From positions 8,264 to 72,263 of IMG/VR virus record IMGVR_UViG_3300027798_000035: 64,000 bases of DNA; one strand, given 5' to 3'. Numbering within the stretch: position 1 is the stretch's first letter; every line of letters begins with the position of its first letter. The notes beneath the pieces are model-generated. The model searched no databases, was not told the origin of the DNA, and was given only the letters and a program-made list of their open reading frames with translations. The DNA is from a virus. Position numbers and translations under genes: made by a program. Below, piece after piece: positions 9,717 to 18,460 of this stretch.

Positions 9717-9830
9717 ATGTGCACAGCATGTGGATGTGGTATCAAAGACAAGAAGGACCCTGGCTACGGAAAAGGTCCAGCAAAAGCCAAAAAGGCACCA
9801 GCCAAAAAGTCTCCCGCTAAAAAGAAGTGA
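9717..9830 (+). CDS. 37-aa peptide with CxxCGC N-terminus and PAKK repeats, not in ORF track
   Basis: GGAGG RBS; MCTACGCGIKDKKDPGYGKGPAKAKKAPAKKSPAKKK. Confidence 0.7.
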   Translation: MCTACGCGIKDKKDPGYGKGPAKAKKAPAKKSPAKKK

Positions 9831-9835
9831 ATAAC

Positions 9836-9863
9836 AAAAACACCCCCCGAAAGGGGGGTGTTT
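9836..9863. terminator. Intrinsic terminator between convergent genes, probably bidirectional
   Basis: AAAAACACCCCCC-GAAA-GGGGGGTGTTT. Confidence 0.85.
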
Positions 9864-9895
9864 CACATTGTGGCTACATTTTTAAATGAATGTGG

Positions 9896-10675
9896 CTACA
9901 TCGCAAGGTGCTGTACTGCACTCAGCAGGTCTTCCACATGAGTGATCCTGTCATTAGCAAACAAGTAGCAAATTGAAGAACCATCAGAGCGATAGATGAC
10001 TACTGAGGTAGCGGATGTTTCCTCAATGATTGCTGGCTCAACCAAACCAATGTCATCAAGACCATTCAGCAGGATACCAATGAGTTGTTCCTTGGTCGTA
10101 GTCTTCTCAATTTCAATACCAAGCAATTTAGCCTGACGGCGCAGTGAAGCAATTGGTTGTGAGCGTAGTTCCGCCTCAGTGAATGCTCCCGATTCAGGAG
10201 CGTCAACAAACTCTTCAAGGGTTTCAACAACTGCGGGCGCTTCTTTAATTTCCTGAACATCAACGACATCAATTGGTGCAAGTGCATTTGTGAGGTCCAG
10301 CAAACGGATACCGCTGGCGTGAGCCTTAAGTAATGTGTCCTCAGTTTCGGGAGAGTCATCCCACAAAACGAGCAATGACTTTTCACCCGCTAATCGTTGT
10401 ACATAGTTGAGTACTGCTGAGTTTGCATCCTCAGTGTCTTCCCAATCCTTGGCATCTTTTAAGACCGAGCGCGGAATACGATTACCGACCATGATGTATT
10501 CATGACCGAAGTCAATGATTGCGGTGTAGACGCGGTCAAGACTTTCGTCAGGCTTACCGCCGTACCACGGCAGGACAAAGATACTGCCATTGACTAGTTC
10601 GGACAATGAGTCTTCAATGATGTTGAGACTGGCGTTACCTTTTCCGATAACACCAATAACTTTCTTGGTGGGCAT
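9896..10675 (-). CDS. Hypothetical protein with Rho-N/HeH-like domain
   Basis: ELRSQPIASLRRQAKLLGIEIEKTTTKEQLI; Rossmann-like N-terminal strand VIGVIGKG. Confidence 0.6.
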   Translation of the reverse strand: MPTKKVIGVIGKGNASLNIIEDSLSELVNGSIFVLPWYGGKPDESLDRVYTAIIDFGHEYIMVGNRIPRSVLKDAKDWEDTEDANSAVLNYVQRLAGEKSLLVLWDDSPETEDTLLKAHASGIRLLDLTNALAPIDVVDVQEIKEAPAVVETLEEFVDAPESGAFTEAELRSQPIASLRRQAKLLGIEIEKTTTKEQLIGILLNGLDDIGLVEPAIIEETSATSVVIYRSDGSSICYLFANDRITHVEDLLSAVQHLAM

Positions 10676-10684
10676 GTTGTTCTC

Positions 10685-10939
10685 CTATTGGAAGGACTGG
10701 CGTATTGATGAATCACCTACGAGAGTGATCAATCGCAACACCGAGTGAGTGGCACTGGCAATTGTAGCCATAGCCAACCCACTAAATACAACATCCTCTG
10801 AAGATATGAAGACAGAGATAATGATTCCCAGGATTGCCCCAGACAAAACAATGACCCAACCATTAAGTTTCTTTGGTAAGGCACTTGTAATGATATGGAT
10901 AACTTTATAAACGGCTAAGCCGCCTATAAGTAAGGTCAT
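10685..10939 (-). CDS. Small membrane protein (holin-like candidate)
   Basis: 84 aa with 2-3 hydrophobic segments. Confidence 0.5.
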   Translation of the reverse strand: MTLLIGGLAVYKVIHIITSALPKKLNGWVIVLSGAILGIIISVFISSEDVVFSGLAMATIASATHSVLRLITLVGDSSIRQSFQ

Positions 10940-13209
10940 AATGCTGCTCCTGTGTATCCCGGAATTTGATTAAACCTCAGACTAGCAAGTGCATAAGTTG
11001 TTTCGGTTACAGGAACTATGTATTCAATCATTCTCTTGGTTGCCTCAACTACACGACGATAATCAGCAGTGTAGTACGAAAACTTTGTATGGGCCGTACT
11101 TGCACCCCAACGATAATCAGCCGCTCCTGCACCACCAGCCGCACCACCAAGCCACCCACCATTATCACTGTTGCCATCAAAATATTCACCAGGAGATGAT
11201 GGCTCAAGTAATGGTTTACCGACTCGCAAAGGAGTTGTTGCTGTAGCCGTGGCAGTGATTTCTATATGATACAAGTATGAATTGCTTGGGTACCAAGGAT
11301 AATTATCAACAAACTCTAATTTCCAATATTTACGCTTTGCAATACCTGAAATTACTGTTTCAATATAAGGAGTCGTGGCTGAGGCTAAGGTGATTGAACC
11401 ATCTAGATTCTTTATGCTCACTTTAACAATATTATTTTCATAATCATCAATTGATAAGAAATAATCAGTACCACTGTTAATTGGTGTGTACTGCATACCA
11501 CCATTGTTTACATCCGTGGATAATGTGACAGACGCCGAAGTGCTTGGCGTTCCAATAAACACTCTATTTGCAACAGCGGCAGATACTGTGCCAGAGGTGG
11601 TTGCTACTCGCCAATAAGCCACAGTGCTAGTTGCCTGTGATGAAGTACTCGGTGTATTTGTAAACTGCGGATCACGGACCAGGTTTAACCTACGAGAGTA
11701 AACATCTATGTAATAAGGATATCTATTTAGTGTAGTAACTTTATTAGGAATAAGGTATAAAATACCTGTATCAGAAGATCGGGATGCAATCCACATATGT
11801 AAGTACAAGTCTGTTGTACCTAATGAGCCATTTCCACATACACCAAACTCAACGGGCCACTCAAAAACACTCGTAGAACCAGTCGTAGTGGTTCTAATAA
11901 AGTTAGGAAGTGTCGTAGAGGCACCCGTTAACGGAGCATAGGAAACTGATGCGCTTGGTATTACTGACGCTCCTAACCAGCAACCAACAACGCTTGCCCC
12001 CAAGCCGCTGTATGCTGCACCAAAATCCATGTACAAGCGACTTGCTTGGCTAACACTTTGTACTTTTGTTTTTAAGCAAGCCATCTGAACGCTTGCGCCA
12101 CTTGAATGTGTGATGGCTAAAGCCTTAGTTGTCGTAAACATATTTGAGTATGGGTAGGCACTAGCGGCGGTCATGGTGTGTGCTGAACTTTGCAACAACC
12201 ACTGGTTAGTAGCAGGAACAGCGGATGCAGAGGTAGTTACTGATGCGGAAGTCATAGCGTGATGAGTACTAGTCAGTAGATCAGGTTGAGAGGCGTTAAT
12301 ACGGGTATTACAACCGCTGATAGCCGTAATATATTCCTCTACACCAGTAATCAAACCCTCATTCTGAGTCAGATATGTAAAGTCAGCAATTAACTCACGG
12401 AGTTTTGCGGTACCTAGATCAGCAACTGTCAGCGGTAACCCTACTTCTACAGCCAGTTTTTCAACCATTTCGCTGTTAGCAACAAATGGGTCTTTTTGTC
12501 TCATCACATAATCAATGATTGTTTTGATGACATTGATTTCCCAACCAAAGACATCAAGCATGCGTTGTAATGGTCCGGCTATTTTAAGGTGCTCAGGGAG
12601 ACCTACTATTTTGTTATAGTAAGGATCATTTGTGGGGATTAATAGATTAGTTAAACCAATCTGCTCGTCCTGAACTCTGTAATGTAATGGTATTCTTCGG
12701 AAAAGATTGTCAGAGTAACCATAATCCTTAGGTACAAGTACCTCAGTTGAGACAACTCGTTCATACCATGATCTGCTATCAGTTGATTCGTACTTAGCAA
12801 ACAGCGTGTAGTAAACCCATTTACCACTAGGTAAGTCAGTATGTGTAAACGACGAGGCGCTATTCTCTGCTTTTATTTGAATAAGGGATGTACCCTCAGC
12901 AAGTGTTTGCGGTGGCCCAACTAACGAATAGCGCAAATCTAGCGTTGTAACAGCAGGTATTGACACAACCGTTGTAGCCAATTCTGTTGTAATGCCCCAT
13001 GATAGGTAAACCTTGTCATAGTCAGTTGGTGATGCTGATAAAAATGATGAAGACCCAGGAACACTTGTTGGAGTAGTCACATAGCCATCAGCCCTTAATG
13101 CCGATGGGTTATCTGCACCATAGTTAACAGAAGCAGCCTGAAGAAATGATCCAGTAGTACTAGCCGCACTACCAACATTACTTTTTAGTGTAAAAGATAT
13201 ACGGGCCAT
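10936..13209 (-). CDS. Baseplate wedge/tail protein (P2 gpI-like domain plus beta-rich domains)
   Basis: LFRRIPLHYR...GPLQRMLDVFG motif; follows baseplate J. Confidence 0.65.
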   Translation of the reverse strand: MARISFTLKSNVGSAASTTGSFLQAASVNYGADNPSALRADGYVTTPTSVPGSSSFLSASPTDYDKVYLSWGITTELATTVVSIPAVTTLDLRYSLVGPPQTLAEGTSLIQIKAENSASSFTHTDLPSGKWVYYTLFAKYESTDSRSWYERVVSTEVLVPKDYGYSDNLFRRIPLHYRVQDEQIGLTNLLIPTNDPYYNKIVGLPEHLKIAGPLQRMLDVFGWEINVIKTIIDYVMRQKDPFVANSEMVEKLAVEVGLPLTVADLGTAKLRELIADFTYLTQNEGLITGVEEYITAISGCNTRINASQPDLLTSTHHAMTSASVTTSASAVPATNQWLLQSSAHTMTAASAYPYSNMFTTTKALAITHSSGASVQMACLKTKVQSVSQASRLYMDFGAAYSGLGASVVGCWLGASVIPSASVSYAPLTGASTTLPNFIRTTTTGSTSVFEWPVEFGVCGNGSLGTTDLYLHMWIASRSSDTGILYLIPNKVTTLNRYPYYIDVYSRRLNLVRDPQFTNTPSTSSQATSTVAYWRVATTSGTVSAAVANRVFIGTPSTSASVTLSTDVNNGGMQYTPINSGTDYFLSIDDYENNIVKVSIKNLDGSITLASATTPYIETVISGIAKRKYWKLEFVDNYPWYPSNSYLYHIEITATATATTPLRVGKPLLEPSSPGEYFDGNSDNGGWLGGAAGGAGAADYRWGASTAHTKFSYYTADYRRVVEATKRMIEYIVPVTETTYALASLRFNQIPGYTGAAL

Positions 13210-14702
13210 TAGACTGCTGTCACTCCTCCAAATGGATCAATATCAACAATACCTAATTTAGGAAGTTTATTAGACGCTACAACAATTTTTCCATTTGTAT
13301 CAATTGTAGTAGACCCACCTGATGTAGTTGTAAATCCCTTAACAATCACATAGTCAACCCCAGCAATAGACATTGCTGTTCGGTATACCTCTCCCACCGT
13401 CACTGTCTGTCCGAATGATACATTACTAAAGTTGAATAACTCTTCTAATGCAGATTTTACCTCTGCTTCAACCACTGATTGGATATAGTTAGATTTTACA
13501 TACAAGTCTAAGTAATTATAAATTTTAGTAAAACTAACTGAAGAAGGAACACTAATTAGCGTTACCCCAAGCATTGCACTTTCTAATAACTCTCGTGAAA
13601 CACGGTCACGCAAATCTTGAGCAACACTTACTGAGGCAGCACCATCAGTTAAGTATGCAGTCTGATTAGCAATAACTGTTGCTGTAATAGAGGCACCAGT
13701 AGACGCTGATCCAAGATATGAAATAACAGCCTTAGATACACCTTGAGTTATTAAGGCAATATCACCAAAGTCTGACAAGGTTACGGCACCATTGCGGGTA
13801 CGCACAGTACTAGGAATAGCCTGTTTAATAGAATCAATTGTTTCAAAGTCTAAGCCACCACCAGCCGCTACAGCATTGGTTACATTAGTGATTGTTGGAT
13901 ACAAACTATTACCAATGGTGGTGATAGTTCCTGCTGAAACATTACCAGTAGACCCAGACGATTGAATGTAAGTAACTGTAATTGGAGAGTTAATTGGTGG
14001 AATTCTTCCGTTGATTCCATTACCAAACACAACCTGAGTTACTCCCGAGGAAGTAACCGCTACTGAGAATACTGAGTCATCAGGACCATACGGGACAAGG
14101 CTGTTAACTCGTGTCCAAGTCTTAATTTCTCCAAACGAACCTTCAGCAATATTAACAACTACAGATTCTGCATCCACACTTTGGCGATAGATGTTAAATC
14201 TTTGACTAGCATTACCAGTACTTTTAGTTGAGTTAGCATTACTATCTGAAATAGCAGGTTCATCCAAGTATTTAACACCCTGACGAACAACTACAGTACC
14301 ATTTGATAATGCCGAAATGGTTGTTGCTGTTTCATTAAAAAAGTACAAACCACTCGTTGACACAAATGGTGTATTTGCCGCAATACTTACAGATGCCGCA
14401 CCACTATTAGTAAGCGTCAAAGTAGCAGTTGATGAACGCATATAGTTAGGGGTATAGCCGTAGAGGCTTGCCATTGCCAAAACGCTTTCGCGCTGTGTAG
14501 CAGTTGTTAGAAATGCTTCAGTAGAAGCGCGGTCAATGTAGTAGTGCATGATGTCTGCGTTGTACGCCCATAGGTCAATCAATGTTGACATAAAGTCCGA
14601 GGTGTCATTTCCAGACCATTCCGGAATAGAACTAGTGGCTCGTTCCTGGAGGGACAAGCGGATGGCGTTATAGTCTCGCGCTGTGTAATCAAAATTAGGC
14701 AT
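13209..14702 (-). CDS. Baseplate wedge protein (gpJ/T4 gp6-like)
   Basis: DYTARDY, EAFLTTA, FGNGINGRIP, AVTLSDF. Confidence 0.9.
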   Translation of the reverse strand: MPNFDYTARDYNAIRLSLQERATSSIPEWSGNDTSDFMSTLIDLWAYNADIMHYYIDRASTEAFLTTATQRESVLAMASLYGYTPNYMRSSTATLTLTNSGAASVSIAANTPFVSTSGLYFFNETATTISALSNGTVVVRQGVKYLDEPAISDSNANSTKSTGNASQRFNIYRQSVDAESVVVNIAEGSFGEIKTWTRVNSLVPYGPDDSVFSVAVTSSGVTQVVFGNGINGRIPPINSPITVTYIQSSGSTGNVSAGTITTIGNSLYPTITNVTNAVAAGGGLDFETIDSIKQAIPSTVRTRNGAVTLSDFGDIALITQGVSKAVISYLGSASTGASITATVIANQTAYLTDGAASVSVAQDLRDRVSRELLESAMLGVTLISVPSSVSFTKIYNYLDLYVKSNYIQSVVEAEVKSALEELFNFSNVSFGQTVTVGEVYRTAMSIAGVDYVIVKGFTTTSGGSTTIDTNGKIVVASNKLPKLGIVDIDPFGGVTAV

Positions 14703-15096
14703 AGATATCCTCACTCAAGAAGTCGCTCACACTCAGTGTAACACTGGATTTTTGTGATGGTAATATTTCATAAAATACAGATATAGATATGGATGCCTGT
14801 GTATTTGACATTTGGCTTTGGTCATTATCTGATATAACAATATCTCGGATAGTCACACCACGAACATGATCAGAGATTTCTCGCATAGCAACTTCTTTAA
14901 AATCTTCCCAAATAAGTGGGTCAATTAATTCGTAAAGCATGGCATATGCCCCAACACCATAATCAGGGTGCATGACTCGTTCTTCCCTGGATACTGTCAG
15001 GACATCTAAAATCTGTTGTTTGACAATGGCGTCAAAGTCACCAACGGTGGCAACTTTTCCATTTTTAAATTGAAATGGCATATATATTGCTTTCAT
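14695..15096 (-). CDS. Baseplate protein gp25/gpW (sheath initiator)
   Basis: ERVMHPDYG motif. Confidence 0.9.
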   Translation of the reverse strand: MKAIYMPFQFKNGKVATVGDFDAIVKQQILDVLTVSREERVMHPDYGVGAYAMLYELIDPLIWEDFKEVAMREISDHVRGVTIRDIVISDNDQSQMSNTQASISISVFYEILPSQKSSVTLSVSDFLSEDIYA

Positions 15097-15212
15097 TTTA
15101 TATCACCTTGTGTATTTTTATATAAATCATAAATACACAATGAAACATAACTACTCATAATAACTGTCAAAATAAGAGTTATTGAAAATCCTTTAATAAT
15201 TAACTTAGACAT
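15093..15212 (-). CDS. 39-aa single-TM peptide, not in ORF track
   Basis: GGAGG RBS; MSKLIIKGFSITLILTVIMSSYVSLCIYDLYKNTQGDIK; overlaps both neighbours. Confidence 0.5.
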   Translation of the reverse strand: MSKLIIKGFSITLILTVIMSSYVSLCIYDLYKNTQGDIK

Positions 15213-16368
15213 AGATATCCTCCATCTGTCTAGATGATCGCCAAGTATTATTTACAAACGCTGATTCTGGTACCTCAGGCATATTTGACCGCATAGTCAT
15301 GTATGCATTGATATCGTTAGTGTCGTTTCGTGAAACTGTCATTTGGGTAAAGAATTCGTCACGAGTAACCGTATGCGTAACTTCTTTTACATACCAAAAA
15401 CCTTCAAAGTTAGATTCAAAGTTAGAGATACTAACGATCCCACCAGGTAGTACTCCCGCAGTTCCAGTAAGAGATAACCTTGCGGTAAGGGTGCTGATAC
15501 CACGATTGTGTGCAGAAACAAGAGTATCTGCCATAGTAGTAGAAGTAGCATTAACACTGACGCTGTCAGTAATTCCTAAATCAATTTGTTTACCAAACCC
15601 CGTGGTCTCACTAAACTTATTTGAAGTGTAGGTATTACCTTGGTTATCTAATACGGTTGCTGATACTGAATGTCCACTTAATGGGTCAATAGAGTCACCA
15701 AAAGTACCTTGCATGGATAATATTACTGCGGGGTATGTCTTAACATCACCATTACGCGCTTTAATGTTTTTTAGTTCATGATAAGAGATTTGTCGGCCCA
15801 ATGAGTTCATAGGGTTCCATACATGTATATGTGTTCCATGCATTGACACAGATAATCCATACATTTTGGCAACCTTATTTAGGAACTCCCAGTCTGATTC
15901 TTCCGACTGGACAATGCGGGGGTAAGAAAATGATTCGGTCACAGAGGAAACACTGAACTTATATTCGTCTGCCAATGCTGTAGCAACACTTTGAATAGAT
16001 GCGTTTTCCCATAGTCGTGTCTTTTTAGCGCGCATTTTGTAGGATGCACCCATACATACAAGTTCAACCAACTGAAAGACGCTTCCATTGATAATGCCAT
16101 CAGAGTTTTTAAACGAAGGCTCAACTGAGGCAACATATCCACAGAATTCATGCTTATCTATGCCAAAGCCCCAATAACAAAGAACGGGTTTAGATAAATA
16201 TTCGGTAAGCAACTGTGGTGGCACTCCAGCCACACGGACACGCAGGATGTCATGCTGGTTCTCAGCAAGACCTAATTCTATTTGAACAATAGACATATAT
16301 CGCATAGGGGCGTTGTCTATCACAAAGTTAATATTTGGTGATATGCGACTATGCGATGTAAAAATCAT
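15205..16368 (-). CDS. Baseplate hub (gp27/P2 gpD-like)
   Basis: QSEESDWEFLNKVA; GFWYVKEVTH. Confidence 0.85.
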   Translation of the reverse strand: MIFTSHSRISPNINFVIDNAPMRYMSIVQIELGLAENQHDILRVRVAGVPPQLLTEYLSKPVLCYWGFGIDKHEFCGYVASVEPSFKNSDGIINGSVFQLVELVCMGASYKMRAKKTRLWENASIQSVATALADEYKFSVSSVTESFSYPRIVQSEESDWEFLNKVAKMYGLSVSMHGTHIHVWNPMNSLGRQISYHELKNIKARNGDVKTYPAVILSMQGTFGDSIDPLSGHSVSATVLDNQGNTYTSNKFSETTGFGKQIDLGITDSVSVNATSTTMADTLVSAHNRGISTLTARLSLTGTAGVLPGGIVSISNFESNFEGFWYVKEVTHTVTRDEFFTQMTVSRNDTNDINAYMTMRSNMPEVPESAFVNNTWRSSRQMEDIYV

Positions 16369-16625
16369 TTGATTGGAATCCTAACCAAAGTACCCACAGG
16401 GATTTCATCAGGAAAAGGGACATGCGGGTTTAGGTCCGCAATCTCCCAGTATCGTTCTGAATCAAAAAGAGCACGATAGGCAATGCGATCAAAAGTATCA
16501 CCCTCAATAGAGGTATAAACATAGTACCTTGAACCACTCCCATACTTACGGGTAGAAATGTAGGAACCACTACCATCAGGTGATGGTTGCGTGGAATAAC
16601 GGGATATTGATTGCACAAACGCCAT
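16365..16625 (-). CDS. LysM/P2 gpX-like baseplate protein
   Basis: EGDTFDRIAY...YWEIADLNP...GTLVRIP. Confidence 0.85.
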   Translation of the reverse strand: MAFVQSISRYSTQPSPDGSGSYISTRKYGSGSRYYVYTSIEGDTFDRIAYRALFDSERYWEIADLNPHVPFPDEIPVGTLVRIPIK

Positions 16626-16627
16626 GG

Positions 16628-18460
16628 TTATTTAATTCCTTTTTGAAAATCAACATGTTTAAAACATATGCTTTTTGCGTACAAGGCGCTGGTATCTTTA
16701 ATAGTTGTTGAGTACACCGATTTATTAGAACTATTTGCCTTAGATATCCTTGCAGCAAATGCTATTTCAATATCCAAGATCAATGGCGTCATTAGTTTAT
16801 TTGCAGATAGTGCTCCGCTTAAATATAAGTCTTCTGCTTTGTCCTTTGATGCACCTGATTCTCTAAATATTCCATTAATTATATTGTCGTAAGCAGGGTC
16901 TCTAGTCCTATCTTCACTTCCATAACTGCACCATTTTTTCCATGAGTCAAAATCAGTAGCAACTGCTTTTTGACCAGTAATGTCCAAAAGAAGAACATCA
17001 CGACTCATAGTGGAGCCATACTTAGTCCCTGGTCCCTTTTTTGCACCTGATGCTGTTACACCATTTTGTTTTTCTTGATCTTTTTCAGTACCTGCAAAGG
17101 ATCGCCATAACTTAATTGTTGGTTGATGTTCAATAGATAACTCATAGTTTGAGTCATAAAACAGTTTATTAAGCCCTTTGTAATTTGATGGTTGTCCTTG
17201 GAATAACTCAACATTAACAAACCCAGCAACTAACAGAAATGTTTCATAATCTAATATTTTATGAATTTGTTCGTAACCCCTATTACTCAACACTCCATCA
17301 AGTGGGTTATACAATCCATAGTTTCTTTCACTATCGTCATAGAAATAGGCATTATCTAGTGGGTTGTTAAATGGTGGATGATCATTAGTGCTGGTACCAC
17401 CAACAGCAATTTGATACTTTCCTGACTCTTTAAGTGCCGCAACAAGTAGATCATAGTCAGTACCCTTTTTAATTTCAGGTAATGGAGTAGCACCACCAGC
17501 ACCAGGTGAATTAGGAGCAGGAATCAACTCATTTAGTGACTTTGTTAAGTATGTATCTTTCTTAGCAAAACCAATATACTTTGCCTCAACAGTTACATTA
17601 ATGGTACACATAGTTGGTACCATTTTTGTGTTGAATTTAGTGAAGTTGACAGAAGATGATTGAATAAATCCATCAACCATAAACATAGATGAGAAGACAA
17701 TCCGAACAGGTGTGCTAACTAGAAAAGCGCTGTTTCCTTTAACTGCCTCAAATGCGCGAGTTGCTTCTGTTTCTGAAATAAAGTTAGAAGTTGCAGATGC
17801 TCCTGAAGAAGAGTCAGCAGGTTCCCATGTACTAGAAAGACTGGTCATCTTAGATAAAGCAGAAATAATATCTTGAGAGATACCCTGACCAATAACACTG
17901 TCCATAACCATTAGGTCTGCGAGCACACCAATTTGCCCAACATCTTGAGATGTTGGTGTTCCTACTACTTTTTTTTCATTTCCAGGAGTGCCAGGAAAAC
18001 CACCACGCCAAGGACCACGGTCTTCAGTTGTTTGTTTACCTGAAAAGTTAGTGTGATTATTAACTTCCATTTCTCGGTTAAGCAAAATGTCAAATGAGAA
18101 AGTGGCGTTACCTGGAGTTGCAACTGAGAACTGTCCTGGGTCTTGGAATAACATGTTTGTCATCCCACTAGAGAGTGAAACGCTACGCATAATGCGTTCA
18201 GGGTTAAATTGAAAGAAGAAGCGTCGGTTAGGCAAACTCTGTGCTGCACCAGTTGGAACTTCATCCAATAGGCACCGCATAAATCCTCGGTGTATCGTGG
18301 TATCTGTTTTCCCAATACCAAGGTTTTTACGAAGTTTTCCTGGGAACATAAACTCAGGATTGTCTTTATCAGTGCGCGCTAAATTATTGTGATTACCTGG
18401 ACCACTTACACCATTTGGCAAGTTGTACCACTGATTTGATGTATAAGAGTTAATTGCCAT
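16628..18460 (-). CDS. Tail tube initiator (CIS tube-2-like) with long C-terminal extension
   Basis: FQFNPERI motif; GFIQSSSVNFTKF; position between TMP and LysM. Confidence 0.65.
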   Translation of the reverse strand: MAINSYTSNQWYNLPNGVSGPGNHNNLARTDKDNPEFMFPGKLRKNLGIGKTDTTIHRGFMRCLLDEVPTGAAQSLPNRRFFFQFNPERIMRSVSLSSGMTNMLFQDPGQFSVATPGNATFSFDILLNREMEVNNHTNFSGKQTTEDRGPWRGGFPGTPGNEKKVVGTPTSQDVGQIGVLADLMVMDSVIGQGISQDIISALSKMTSLSSTWEPADSSSGASATSNFISETEATRAFEAVKGNSAFLVSTPVRIVFSSMFMVDGFIQSSSVNFTKFNTKMVPTMCTINVTVEAKYIGFAKKDTYLTKSLNELIPAPNSPGAGGATPLPEIKKGTDYDLLVAALKESGKYQIAVGGTSTNDHPPFNNPLDNAYFYDDSERNYGLYNPLDGVLSNRGYEQIHKILDYETFLLVAGFVNVELFQGQPSNYKGLNKLFYDSNYELSIEHQPTIKLWRSFAGTEKDQEKQNGVTASGAKKGPGTKYGSTMSRDVLLLDITGQKAVATDFDSWKKWCSYGSEDRTRDPAYDNIINGIFRESGASKDKAEDLYLSGALSANKLMTPLILDIEIAFAARISKANSSNKSVYSTTIKDTSALYAKSICFKHVDFQKGIK

